DNA from: a virus
Lineage: Duplodnaviria > Caudoviricetes
IMG/VR virus record: IMGVR_UViG_3300035675_000022
Location: 1-31,835 of that record
DNA length: 31,835 nt
Strand: one strand, 5' to 3'
Position 1 is the first letter of the stretch, and every line of letters starts with the position of its first letter. The notes below the pieces were generated by a model. That model was not told the origin of the DNA and searched no databases. It saw only the letters and a list, made by a program, of their open reading frames with translations. Shown piece after piece: positions 1-9,522 of the stretch. Position numbers and translations under genes: made by a program.

Positions 1-1
1 G

Positions 2-205
2 TTCGCCCTGGCCGCGCGCCAGGGCGCCGCCGACAAGATGTTCTGCTCTGAAGCCTGCACGCGCTACCTGCGCCATGCGGAGGTGGATCCCTTCCACCCG
101 AAGACGGACGCCGACCTGATCGCGCCCGGCACGTTCAAGTTCTCCCCGTACCTGATTCAGTACCCCGTGGAGTCCGGACGAGTGTTGGTCACGGAAGGAT
201 GCTGA
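2..205 (+). CDS. 3' end of a permuted papain-like NlpC/P60 (YiiX/YebB-like) amidase; 5'-truncated
   Basis: Not in the ORF track. Frame 2 reads FALAARQGAADKMFCSEACTRYLRHAEVDPFHPKTDADLIAPGTFKFSPYL...EGC* (TGA 203-205). A C-terminal FCSE followed by D-x-I-x-P-G matches the catalytic-Cys end of permuted NlpC/P60 enzymes. Confidence 0.6.
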   Translation, partial: FALAARQGAADKMFCSEACTRYLRHAEVDPFHPKTDADLIAPGTFKFSPYLIQYPVESGRVLVTEGC

Positions 206-208
206 TGT

Positions 209-673
209 ATGCCCCGATCCCGTTCGACGAAGCGCAAGAAGGAGTCTTTGTCTTTCCCGATAAAGTATGTCGGTACAGCGAAGGCAGAATCACTGAACCC
301 GACAACTCCATTTGGGATCTCGACCTCTGGCTTGCGGCCCACGATTACCGACTGCCCGACCTGGACTGGCATCCCGCCGTCCAACAACCCAGCCGTGAAC
401 GACCTGGTGCGTGAACTGCTGGATCTGCACAACCAGAAGAACCACGACTACGCTTCCGAAGCGGACCCGTTCTCGAACTTCGCCTATGCCGCGCAGTTCG
501 CCGGCGTCACCGTCGATACCGTGTTCAAGGTGTTGATGGGGGTGAAGTGGGCACGCCTGAAGGAATTGCAGAACAAGCTCCAGCCCCGCAACGAATCCGT
601 CCAGGACACCAGGCAAGACCTGGCCCTGTACACCTTGCTCTGGGCTGCCTACTCCAAGCTGCCGCCGTTCTAA
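209..673 (+). CDS. Nucleotide modification associated domain 1 (Nmad1/DUF1599-like), all-alpha NTP-pyrophosphatase-like protein
   Basis: Motifs KNHDYA..DPFSNF, KWARL.EL and NESVQDT..DLA.Y are typical of the phage DUF1599 family; low-complexity N-terminal extension. Confidence 0.7.
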   Translation: MPRSRSTKRKKESLSFPIKYVGTAKAESLNPTTPFGISTSGLRPTITDCPTWTGIPPSNNPAVNDLVRELLDLHNQKNHDYASEADPFSNFAYAAQFAGVTVDTVFKVLMGVKWARLKELQNKLQPRNESVQDTRQDLALYTLLWAAYSKLPPF

Positions 674-1005
674 CCGTGCGTGTTCCGCATTTCCGCGCGT
701 GCGTCCTGGCGTGCGTCCTGACGGGCATCCTGCCTGGCCTCGACGCGCGCCCGGCGCATTGCCAGCGCATCCTCGATGTTCCGCTCGAAGACGGGACAGA
801 CGTTCACGCGCTCCAGGTGCGTCTTCAGTGACTCCATCGCTTGCGTGTTGTCGTTGACCACCTTCAGCAGACGGTCAATCGTTTCGCGCGCGAAGTCACG
901 TTGCGTCAGGAGATCCTTGCGGTAGAAGAAGACCAGCAAGGCGGCAATCGCCATTGCGCCACCTTGCGCCAGTACTTCCTTCAGGAAGGTTGTGTCCATC
1001 ATCAC
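670..1005 (-). CDS. Putative holin (BhlA/UviB-like: single N-terminal TM helix plus coiled coil)
   Basis: QGGAMAIAALLVFFYRKD hydrophobic helix followed by a heptad-rich segment; last gene of the virion operon; 4-bp overlap with the upstream gene. Confidence 0.5.
   Translation of the reverse strand: MMMDTTFLKEVLAQGGAMAIAALLVFFYRKDLLTQRDFARETIDRLLKVVNDNTQAMESLKTHLERVNVCPVFERNIEDALAMRRARVEARQDARQDARQDARAEMRNTHG
697..732. repeat. 12-bp tandem repeat, 3 copies, encoding QDAR repeats at the holin C-terminus
   Basis: gcgtgcgtcctg gcgtgcgtcctg acgggcatcctg. Confidence 0.85.
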
Positions 1006-4000
1006 TCCAGGCTCTGCCCGGCGGCTCGCCTGGCCGGCGCAATCAGGCGTTCAAGCAGTTGACGATCCTGTCGAAGAATGCCGTACCGTGCCGCCTCTGA
1101 GCCATACCGTGTCGCCTGGTTCAGCGCCCGCCGGATGATCAGACGCTTGAACACGTCTGGCATCTGAGCATAGCGCGGATCCTGGATCACCCGTGTCAGG
1201 ACGCCGCGCCGCGCAACTCCGCGCCCGACTGCGCCCATCTCCTCGTCTGCCTGCGAGAGCTTCCGCAGGTTGCCCGCCTGATCCCGGATCTCCACGCGCC
1301 CGGACGGACGGGGCAGGTAGATGCCGAGCCGGTTCAGTTCCATGTCAATCGGGTCTGCCTTCTCGCCCTCGATCTCCGGCACCATGAAGGCAGCCGCCAG
1401 GCGCGGACGTTCCCGCTTGATCGGCTCACCGTAGCGCCCGATGCGCGCCGGCACGTTCTGCTGCATGAACGGGATGTCCGCCTGGATCGCCTGCGCGACT
1501 CCGCGCGGACGCCGCACCACGTCGTCCTGGGCACGCGCCAGCCCCCGCACGAACCCAGACATCGGGACGAACGAGCGGGCCATGCTCTGCAACCACATGT
1601 CCGCCATCGACTCGTCGGACTGCACCGCGCCCACCAGAGAGAACAGCCCCTGAAGGTAGGACTGCGACAGCCCGGACTTCACTACCCCTTGCAGGAACGT
1701 GCCGATCTGCCGCGTGGCCCCCATGTCCATGACGGCTTTTTCGTCCGACTCCTGGACGTTCTGGTACGCCTCGAAGGCGTTGGCCGCGAGCGACATCGGA
1801 ATCGACACCGGCTGGAACAGCGCGTAGTTGACCCAGTACTGCCCTGTGTCCGACTTCGACGCGCCCAGCGTCTTCGCCACGCCTTCCGGAATGGGGAGCA
1901 GGATCGAATTGGGGCGCCAGCCCGTGTCCATCAGTTGCTGCCGCTTCGCCGGATCGCGGGGGCCGTTGCCCGAGATGCGACCCGTCGCCGCCCAGTACCC
2001 AATCGGCAGCATCGCCAGCGTGCCGAAGGCACCTTTCGCCAGCATCTCCGTCTGCGCCTCACGGCTGGCACCGAACGGCGCCATCGTCCCACGCTTGAAC
2101 GCTTTGCTGCCCTTCACCACCAACGAGATCGGGGTGTGTTCGTAGCCCTGCCGGAAGATGTTGCTGACGGTGTTGACGAAGGGGATCACGTAGTTCAGGG
2201 CTGGGATGTCTCGCTTCATCAACCCCAGCCGCTGCGCCATCGGCCCGAGCGGTTCGCGGTAGACGCCTTCGAGGGCTTGCCGCATGACCTCTTTCTGGCC
2301 GGCGACGTTATCCGCGTACTTCACCTTCTGACGGACCATCTCCTCCGCCAGGCTGTCCGCTGTGATCTCCCGCTTGGCTGCCTTCAGGGCCGCAATCGAC
2401 TGGTTGTAGAGGTAGCCGCGTTGCGCGGCTCCCTTGTTCAGGGCCAGGAAGAAGCGATCCGCTGCCTCCATCCCGCGCCCGACCCAGTTGAACGGGTTTT
2501 TGCCGCCGCCGCGAAACTCCTTCCGGCCCAGGTCGATGGCCGAGACGCCGGAGATCATGTCCTCGACGGCGCCCCGCGAGAACCCATTTTGCAGGACGAA
2601 GTAGGCGTCCGCCAGCGCCCCGTTCAGGTTCTCCTGCATCCCGATCCAGCGTTGCGCGACCTCGCCAGAGAACTGGCTGCGTGGCGCCCCGGTGATCCGG
2701 CTCCAGGCTACGTCAATCGGCGCCTTCAGCAGGGGCACCACCGAGTTCTTGACCAGCAGGTTCGCGGCGTTGCCGAACGTGTTGCGGAGTTGCGTCGGCA
2801 CGCCAGAGAGGACGTTGGTGATGAAGTAGGACTGCATCATCTCCGACTTCGACATCCGCGCGCCCGCTGCCTTGCGAGCCTCCGCGAAGTGGAACATCGG
2901 ATCGTCACTCTCCGCCAGCTTCAGGGCCAGGGCTTCCAGCCCCTCCACGTCCCCCATCTTCCGGCGCGCGGCCTTGTACGCCTGGACGTGGAACGGCTGC
3001 ATCGTCTTGAGGATCTTGTAGGCTTCCAGCGCCCGGCCCGCTTCCGCCTCCGCCCCGACGTAGCTCGCCGTCAGAATTGCCTGCCGGATCTTCAGCCGCT
3101 CGAAGTCGAACAGGTCGTTCTCGTTCCGAATGCCCCGCTTCACGTCCGCCGCGATCTTGTTCGCCAGGGCTTTCTTCTCGCCCGTGATCGACGCCAGCGC
3201 CATGCCTAGAGCTTGCCCACCCTCCGCATTCAGGGCCGTTCCCCTGGGCAACTGCTTGTCGAGTTCGACCGTGATGCGCTTCGCCGTTTCGACCGTCGTC
3301 TCGTGATGCCGCACCCCGCGCCGCTGACGCTGGAAGAAGTTGTGGTCCTCGATGACCTGGGCCACATCGTCGCGGATCACGGGGGACAGGTGACTCAGGT
3401 TCTGCCGGAGCCGTTCCTTGGGGATCTTCCCTGCCGGCGGGATCGGCCCGCGCGCCGACTCCGCGACGGACCACAGCCCACGCTCGTCGCCCTGGACGGA
3501 CGACGGCACCCGCCCAGCCGGCGGACGCTGCCCCTCCGCGAACGTGCGCTGTGGCGGGTTGCCGCGCGGTATTTCGGGCACTGTGGGCGCGGCCCCGGCT
3601 CGACCGGCCACCTTAGACACGGCGGACATGCCCGCCAGGCCCACACCAGCGCCCATGACCGCCCCGATCAGAGCATTACGTCGCTTTTCTTCCGGGGTAG
3701 TACCTTGCGTTCCACCAGCGGCGGCGCCGGCGCCTGCGCCTGCGATCCCGCCCAGGAGTCTTGGGGAAGCTGCGCCGGCCTGAGTGCCCCAGTTGCGACC
3801 GGGACGAGGTTCTGGCCCGGCTGGCGGGACTGCTTTGCCAGGGCTTGCCTGGCCCGCTGCCAGGTCCACTCCGGGGGCGGGAACCCCGGCATTTGGTTGG
3901 GGTTGAGGCCCGGCGGAGGGAAGGGTGCCTGGACGGACATTCGCTTGCTCCCTGAGAAGGTTGATGCGGGGCTGCCGGATCCCCGTCTCGCCGCCCAGGG

Positions 4001-6269
4001 ACGCCAGCCCCTTGGCCGCGAAGTCTTCGCCCGGCACGGAGAACGGCACGTCCTCGACCGGCGCCGGCGCCGGCGCCCGTCCGCCCCGGATCGGGGAGAC
4101 GTAGTTGCCGGCCTCATCCACGTACTGCCGCCACCACCCTTCCCCGAACGGGGCGCGGTACTTGGTATCCGCTTGCACCAGGCCGACTGCCTCTTGCAGC
4201 GCATCGGCCATGTCGCGCGAGTTCCGCAAATGCTCGAACTGGGGATAGCTTTCGATCAGCGACTCTTGGAGGCTGTCGAACGTCTTGTACCCAGACACCT
4301 CGTTGTAGATCGGCATCCCATCCACCGACCCGGTGGGCGTGAAGGTGCCCTTGCGAGGCCGACCAGTGCGCGTGACCTTCGACCCCTTGGGCGGACGCCA
4401 GGCTGTCGATTCCCGAATCCAGGCCGCGACTTCCGGGTACTCGCTCCCACGATTGGCAGAGATGCCGCCGACGTTCGCCACGGCACGGAGCAAGGCGCGC
4501 GGGCTGGCCGAACCAGCGTCCGGATCGTGCCCTTCCGCGTGGAACCCTTCGAGTTCCGCCATCTCCCGCATGTCGTCCGGGCTGCCCTTGAACCCTTCGC
4601 GCCTGGCCTGGCGGAACATGGCCCGCGCGTTCGACGTGGGATCGGGCAGGATGGCTTCCAGATCCGGCGCGATCACCGGCTTGCCAGGCTCCGCATCCTT
4701 CAGGGCTTGCAGCACTGCCTTCCGGTAGGCCGACGCCGCCTGGCCGAGTCCGCTCTTGCCGCCCGCCTTGAATTGCACCTCGAACTGCGATTCCAGCCAG
4801 TCCTTCAGCGCCGCCAGCCGGCCCGGCACCTTCCGACTCCCCGCCGCCCGTCCGCTGATGCGGTTGGACGCCAGGAACAACTCCATCAGCCTGGGATCGC
4901 CAAACTCCACTTCCCCAGCCCGCTGGTCCGGGCCGAAGCGAGCCGTGACCTTCAGGCGGGTAGGCGACACCGGCTCCGGGGCACCGACCGGCGGCGGAAT
5001 CGCCGGCAGCGGTTCGCCTGGCGCCAGCGGACGCTCGAACGCCATGCCCGTCTGCCCCTCCGGCGGCACGGGCGGACGCACCGGACGCGCCCGGAACTGC
5101 ACCGGGCCACCCGGCTCCTCTGGCATCAACTCGAAGGCGTCCCGCAGGACGTTGAAGCGCGGACGGACGATCCCCGTTTCCTCCATCCCAGGGGGACGGG
5201 GCGAGGCCAGCGGGATCACCTCTCCGCTGGACGGAGTGACAGGACGACCCTGCCGGGGTGGAGTCGCCCGCTCCGGCAGCAACAGCCGGTTCGTCACGTC
5301 CTCCGCCACAATGTCCTCTGTCCCAGGCGGGCCAGGCCAGCCGCCCCACGGCTCGCCTTCGACGTAGCCCTGCCTGACGCCCATGTAGCGCGGGCCGACC
5401 TTCTCTGGATCGATACGACTGGCCGGCGGAGGCGGACGATCCACGATGCGCGCCGCCATCTCTTGCTCAGGCGTCAGCCTCGACGGTGGAGCCGGCGGCG
5501 GAGGAGGTGCCGCCACCGGCGCCGGCGCCGCCTCTGGCAGACCAGGCGCGCGAGGAGAAGGACGCGCCAACATCCGCCCGAGCTTGTTCCCAGCGAGCTT
5601 GGTCCCGCCGCCCAGGAGAACACCGAGAATCCCGTTCGCCAACACGTCGCCGCTACTGGGCGCCTCGCCCTGGAAGGCAGAACGTGCCGCCAGCCCACCC
5701 AATGCCTGTCCGCCGCCCATCAGGCCCGCGCGCCCAACAGTGCGCCCGCCAGGCACCGCCGAGAGAACGGCGCCCAACCCGCCCTCGAACGCCACTTCTC
5801 CAGGCGACACCTCTGGACGCAACCCGCGCGACACCTCGTACTTCTGCGCCAGGAGTTCACCGAGCGCCGACCCTGCGCCGCCGCCTGCCATTGCCGCAGG
5901 CACCGCTCCGAGTCCGGTAGGCGCACCGGCAGCAAACCCGCCGATAGACCCGGCGACAGCCGGGACAACCCGAAGCGCACCCGTCACGCCCACATCCGTC
6001 CAGGTGGGTTCCGGCGCCGCCGGCGCCGACATCTTGAACAGGTCGTCTTGGACTTGCTGAGGGTTGACCCCCGGACTAGCAGGCTGACCGCCCGCGAGCC
6101 GTTCCTGGGCAGCCCGTGCGCCCAGTTCGTAGACTTCAGGCGGACCTTGAGGGATGCCAGACGGAATCGCAGGCGAAGCTGTGGTCAGTTCCCGCCGCTG
6201 CTGCTGGCGGGCCTGCTCTGCTCGCGCCCGCGACTGCATCAACAGTCGCGCCACGTCTTCGTAGGGCAT
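1002..6269 (-). CDS. Large internal virion / DNA ejection protein (1755 aa)
   Basis: Gly-zipper hydrophobic segments (VAGSIGGFAAGAPTGLG; LLGGIAGAGAGAAAGG), Pro-rich linkers, and a helical C-terminal half with IPFVNTVSNI and GRISGNGPRDP...GWRPNSI motifs as in podoviral large internal virion proteins; located after the tail genes. Confidence 0.7.
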   Translation of the reverse strand: MPYEDVARLLMQSRARAEQARQQQRRELTTASPAIPSGIPQGPPEVYELGARAAQERLAGGQPASPGVNPQQVQDDLFKMSAPAAPEPTWTDVGVTGALRVVPAVAGSIGGFAAGAPTGLGAVPAAMAGGGAGSALGELLAQKYEVSRGLRPEVSPGEVAFEGGLGAVLSAVPGGRTVGRAGLMGGGQALGGLAARSAFQGEAPSSGDVLANGILGVLLGGGTKLAGNKLGRMLARPSPRAPGLPEAAPAPVAAPPPPPAPPSRLTPEQEMAARIVDRPPPPASRIDPEKVGPRYMGVRQGYVEGEPWGGWPGPPGTEDIVAEDVTNRLLLPERATPPRQGRPVTPSSGEVIPLASPRPPGMEETGIVRPRFNVLRDAFELMPEEPGGPVQFRARPVRPPVPPEGQTGMAFERPLAPGEPLPAIPPPVGAPEPVSPTRLKVTARFGPDQRAGEVEFGDPRLMELFLASNRISGRAAGSRKVPGRLAALKDWLESQFEVQFKAGGKSGLGQAASAYRKAVLQALKDAEPGKPVIAPDLEAILPDPTSNARAMFRQARREGFKGSPDDMREMAELEGFHAEGHDPDAGSASPRALLRAVANVGGISANRGSEYPEVAAWIRESTAWRPPKGSKVTRTGRPRKGTFTPTGSVDGMPIYNEVSGYKTFDSLQESLIESYPQFEHLRNSRDMADALQEAVGLVQADTKYRAPFGEGWWRQYVDEAGNYVSPIRGGRAPAPAPVEDVPFSVPGEDFAAKGLASLGGETGIRQPRINLLREQANVRPGTLPSAGPQPQPNAGVPAPGVDLAAGQASPGKAVPPAGPEPRPGRNWGTQAGAASPRLLGGIAGAGAGAAAGGTQGTTPEEKRRNALIGAVMGAGVGLAGMSAVSKVAGRAGAAPTVPEIPRGNPPQRTFAEGQRPPAGRVPSSVQGDERGLWSVAESARGPIPPAGKIPKERLRQNLSHLSPVIRDDVAQVIEDHNFFQRQRRGVRHHETTVETAKRITVELDKQLPRGTALNAEGGQALGMALASITGEKKALANKIAADVKRGIRNENDLFDFERLKIRQAILTASYVGAEAEAGRALEAYKILKTMQPFHVQAYKAARRKMGDVEGLEALALKLAESDDPMFHFAEARKAAGARMSKSEMMQSYFITNVLSGVPTQLRNTFGNAANLLVKNSVVPLLKAPIDVAWSRITGAPRSQFSGEVAQRWIGMQENLNGALADAYFVLQNGFSRGAVEDMISGVSAIDLGRKEFRGGGKNPFNWVGRGMEAADRFFLALNKGAAQRGYLYNQSIAALKAAKREITADSLAEEMVRQKVKYADNVAGQKEVMRQALEGVYREPLGPMAQRLGLMKRDIPALNYVIPFVNTVSNIFRQGYEHTPISLVVKGSKAFKRGTMAPFGASREAQTEMLAKGAFGTLAMLPIGYWAATGRISGNGPRDPAKRQQLMDTGWRPNSILLPIPEGVAKTLGASKSDTGQYWVNYALFQPVSIPMSLAANAFEAYQNVQESDEKAVMDMGATRQIGTFLQGVVKSGLSQSYLQGLFSLVGAVQSDESMADMWLQSMARSFVPMSGFVRGLARAQDDVVRRPRGVAQAIQADIPFMQQNVPARIGRYGEPIKRERPRLAAAFMVPEIEGEKADPIDMELNRLGIYLPRPSGRVEIRDQAGNLRKLSQADEEMGAVGRGVARRGVLTRVIQDPRYAQMPDVFKRLIIRRALNQATRYGSEAARYGILRQDRQLLERLIAPARRAAGQSLE

Positions 6270-6272
6270 CGT

Positions 6273-7487
6273 TCACCTGACTGTGTACTTGGCTGCCCGC
6301 GCCTGTGCTTCCAACTCCGCCAACGGAATCCCCGTCCGGAGCGAGTATGCCTGGAGAGTCACGCGCGAAATCTCGCGCCCCTCTCCCTGCGCCACCGGCG
6401 GACCCGCCGAAGGCTCGCCGGCTGCCGGCGCCACTTGCTGCGCCCCAGCCACGGCTTCCGCCTGCGCGGGAGTCGCCTGGACCTGTCCGAACAGGCCAGC
6501 ATTGCGCGCCGATGCAAGCTCGACGGCACGCTGGTGCAACACCTCGTCGAGACTCCACTGATTCGGCTGCATCCTGGCGCCAGCGGCGATCTCGCCGCGC
6601 CGCACGATGTCCTGGGCGTACTCTGGACGCTGCGAAATCGCTGCCTGGCCCAGCATTTCCTGGAGATTCTTGACGTTGATGTACGGCTGCGCTTCCGCCT
6701 GCCCCTGCGCGCGGGAGACTTCGCCCAGCCGCGTCGTGTCAGTCGGCAGTGCCCGGCTGGGGCGCGGGCCAAGAGCTTGCGTGCCCTGCGCCAGCGCCGT
6801 CGCCATCTTCGTCTGCGCTTCCATCAGGGCTGCCGGATTGTCGGCACGCATCTCGCGGGACCACCCTTCCGGGATCGCCACGGCTGCCTCCAGCGCCCGG
6901 CGCCTCCGGTCGTAGTCGTCCTGCTGCGCCATCATGGCGTTGTACTCGCGCACCTTCGCGGGATCGTCCCGACCGTAGATGCGCGTGCCCGGCACGAACG
7001 TGGCGGACTGCCCGAATACGGGCGAGTACGAAGTCTGCGGCGCCACCCCTTCCGGCTCCTCGACGAAGATCTTGCCGTAGGTGGAAGCGATGTCCGGTTC
7101 CATCTCCTCTTGCGGTGCCGGCACTGGGCCAGACGGGACTGGCGACGTGTTCGCGCCCAGGTCAATGTCCGACGAACGCAACGTCCTACCCGTCACCTCG
7201 TTGATGGTGCCAGGTTCGCCATAGCGAGAACCAGAGGTCTGGCCCCGCCACCAGGGGCGCGGATAGTCGTGCGCGATGTCCGGAACGACGGGTTCCGTCT
7301 CCATGTCGGCACCGCTACCGCCCCCGCCCGCTGCCAGATCGAGATCGAGCGGAGGAATCCGAGACTCCTGGATCTGCTGCATCGACTGCACGCGATCCCA
7401 GGGCTGCAACCCACGCTGCGCGGCCAGCACTTGCGCGTTGTGCTGCGCCCGCTGCCCGGCCCGCTGGAAGTATTCTCGCAGTCCCAT
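6273..7487 (-). CDS. Putative ejection/internal virion protein (404 aa)
   Basis: Ala/Gln/Pro-rich, no Cys, TGATG-coupled to the upstream gene, directly precedes the large ejection protein. Confidence 0.5.
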   Translation of the reverse strand: MGLREYFQRAGQRAQHNAQVLAAQRGLQPWDRVQSMQQIQESRIPPLDLDLAAGGGGSGADMETEPVVPDIAHDYPRPWWRGQTSGSRYGEPGTINEVTGRTLRSSDIDLGANTSPVPSGPVPAPQEEMEPDIASTYGKIFVEEPEGVAPQTSYSPVFGQSATFVPGTRIYGRDDPAKVREYNAMMAQQDDYDRRRRALEAAVAIPEGWSREMRADNPAALMEAQTKMATALAQGTQALGPRPSRALPTDTTRLGEVSRAQGQAEAQPYINVKNLQEMLGQAAISQRPEYAQDIVRRGEIAAGARMQPNQWSLDEVLHQRAVELASARNAGLFGQVQATPAQAEAVAGAQQVAPAAGEPSAGPPVAQGEGREISRVTLQAYSLRTGIPLAELEAQARAAKYTVR

Positions 7488-8113
7488 CAGTAGCCTCCGC
7501 GCGTCACCCGATTGAGCGAGTTCTGGTAGCCGATCCGGCTCCGCTGCCAGCGATCCATGCCGGCGAGTTCGTCGGGCGTGTACCAGCCGCCGCGACTGGG
7601 CTTGAAATCAGGCCCGCTGGCTTCCGTCACGTCGTAGGCGAACTGGTCGTTGCCAACCCGGTTCACGGCGCCGCGCATCCCAGGCGCCACTTCGCCGGCA
7701 TCCCGCGAGTAGGACTTGCCGGTGGGCACGTCGTAGTCCACCGTCCGCCCGAAGCCGCCCAGGTCCACGTTCTTGCCACGCAACGACTCGAAGAACGCTT
7801 CGTTCGCCGCATCCCCGATGCCGCCGTAGAGGCCGAACTTGTGGCCGAACGCCGGCGACCAGAACGCTTCCGGGTTCTCCCGTTCCTTCGCCATCATGGC
7901 GCGGCGGCGATCTCCCGCCTGCTGCGACAGGGCCATGTTGCGATCCAGGCCGAAGTTTGGACCCTGCGCCATGCCCTGCGACAGTGCCTGCTTCGTCGCG
8001 TACTGCTCCGCCTGGTCCCTGGCCTGCCCCATGACGCGCGACTTCTGGCCGGCGCCGATGCCCTTGCGGGCATCCCACTCGTCTACCACCCGAGGTCCGC
8101 TGAAGTAGCCCAT
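7487..8113 (-). CDS. Putative ejection/internal virion protein (208 aa; start corrected to MGYFSGP)
   Basis: ATG at 8113 overlaps the upstream TGA (TGATG); Gly/Ala/Gln/Met-rich, no Cys. Confidence 0.5.
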   Translation of the reverse strand: MGYFSGPRVVDEWDARKGIGAGQKSRVMGQARDQAEQYATKQALSQGMAQGPNFGLDRNMALSQQAGDRRRAMMAKERENPEAFWSPAFGHKFGLYGGIGDAANEAFFESLRGKNVDLGGFGRTVDYDVPTGKSYSRDAGEVAPGMRGAVNRVGNDQFAYDVTEASGPDFKPSRGGWYTPDELAGMDRWQRSRIGYQNSLNRVTRGGY

Positions 8114-8727
8114 CAGAACACCCGTCCTCGCTGCGTCAGTGCCGTGCCGCCCGGCGGGTAGATCCGCTTCCCGATGTCCTTGGTATCCATCTGCGAGACA
8201 GGTTGCGCGTTCCATCCCGTAGACGCGCCGCTAGCCGAGAGCAACCCCTGCCGCGCCACGTTTGGCATGGGCGGCGGCGCCACCTCGCTCATCTGCGGGT
8301 CCAGGACTTCTCCGCCTGCCGTGGGCTGGGCGATATTGTTGAACAGCCCGTCAGTCGGCGTCGTGCCTCCGCCTCCACCACCCGCAGGCGCGGCAGCTTC
8401 CGGCTTGCGCTGCGAAGCCATCCACTCACGGCCAGCATCGTTGAGCGAGCCGCCACCATACACCCATGTTCCAGATTGAGCATCCGATCCAGACGAGGGG
8501 CCATAGTAGGACCAGGTGCCTCCCTCGTAATGGGCTGGGTTCTGGCCGGCTGCCTTCCCTGTCTTCGCCGCCCACTCCGCCGCCAACGACTCATCGCTGG
8601 GCTTGAACCCCTGCGCCATCGCATAGCCTTCCGGGCTATGCCAGTAGTCGGCGGTCAACTCCCAGGGAGACTTCCCCTGGTTCATCTGATTGACCCAGGC
8701 TTGTGTCTCTGCTTGGGCGTAAGGCAT
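8113..8727 (-). CDS. Putative ejection/internal virion protein (204 aa)
   Basis: Gly/Ala-rich, no Cys, coupled on both sides within the ejection cluster. Confidence 0.45.
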   Translation of the reverse strand: MPYAQAETQAWVNQMNQGKSPWELTADYWHSPEGYAMAQGFKPSDESLAAEWAAKTGKAAGQNPAHYEGGTWSYYGPSSGSDAQSGTWVYGGGSLNDAGREWMASQRKPEAAAPAGGGGGGTTPTDGLFNNIAQPTAGGEVLDPQMSEVAPPPMPNVARQGLLSASGASTGWNAQPVSQMDTKDIGKRIYPPGGTALTQRGRVF

Positions 8728-8728
8728 C

Positions 8729-9496
8729 TCAGTACCTCATGCCGGGCCAGTTGACCGACAGCCCGCCTGGCGCCGGCGCCGACTTCGACTTCTGGGCGGG
8801 CACGGTCGAGGTGGGCACCCCGGACATCCCGCCGCCGGCAAACTTCCCGATCAGGTCAAAGAGGCCGCTCAACTTCTGGTTCTGCGTGGAGTAGATGCTG
8901 GTCAGGCCGCTGATGTCCTGGCCTCGCTGGTCGATGGCACCCTCGTAGCCACCCTTGGCGGCTTCCCAGGCTTGCTTCTGCGCTTCCAGTTGCTGCTGGA
9001 GTTCAGCGTCCGACTGGTAGCGTGCGGCATCGGACATCAGGTTGCCCATCTCGCGCCCCTCAACGCCGCTGCCCGAGATTCCCGCTGCCGTCATCTGATC
9101 CTTCAGTTGCTCCATCGCCGCGCCATAGATCCGCGAACTGGCGTCCTTCGCGCGCCCGAAGGCTTCCGACTGGGACGGGGCGACAGCCTTGACCGTTGGC
9201 GCCGCCTCCCGACCTGGGAGGCCAGGCGCGGCCCCCGCCCCGCCCCCCGTCCCGATCTGCCCCATGAAGGCGTCGAGGTACTTCTGCCAGACTGGCGTCG
9301 TCTGTTCCCAGATCCCCTGCGTGCCCTCAGCATTCTCTGGGTGGAACTGCCACACGCGCCCAGCCGCATCCATCGTCGTGGCTGGAGGCGTCGTCGGGTC
9401 GTTGTACACGCCCGCCCCCTGCCCGGTGATGTTGGCGTTGAACCCTGGGTTCAGGGCCGGAGTGTACAACCCGCCGAAAATTGGACTCACAGGCAT
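8729..9496 (-). CDS. Putative DNA pilot/ejection protein (255 aa)
   Basis: Has the 'LKDQMTAAGISGSGVEG' helix and 'QRGQDI' motif common in small phage pilot proteins; purine-rich RBS (GAGGGAGAG) upstream. Confidence 0.55.
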   Translation of the reverse strand: MPVSPIFGGLYTPALNPGFNANITGQGAGVYNDPTTPPATTMDAAGRVWQFHPENAEGTQGIWEQTTPVWQKYLDAFMGQIGTGGGAGAAPGLPGREAAPTVKAVAPSQSEAFGRAKDASSRIYGAAMEQLKDQMTAAGISGSGVEGREMGNLMSDAARYQSDAELQQQLEAQKQAWEAAKGGYEGAIDQRGQDISGLTSIYSTQNQKLSGLFDLIGKFAGGGMSGVPTSTVPAQKSKSAPAPGGLSVNWPGMRY

Positions 9497-9522
9497 CGGA
9501 CTCTCTCCCTCGCGTGTCTATT

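Noticed and set aside
697-732. CRISPR-like or regulatory repeat
   Set aside because: Spacer-less 12-bp coding tandem repeat, consistent with slippage.
3213-7493. 1426-aa plus-strand ORF (also 1689-3209, 15287-16621, 21548-23005 and similar)
   Set aside because: Antisense shadows of GC-rich minus-strand genes; Arg/His-rich, with no motifs recognised.
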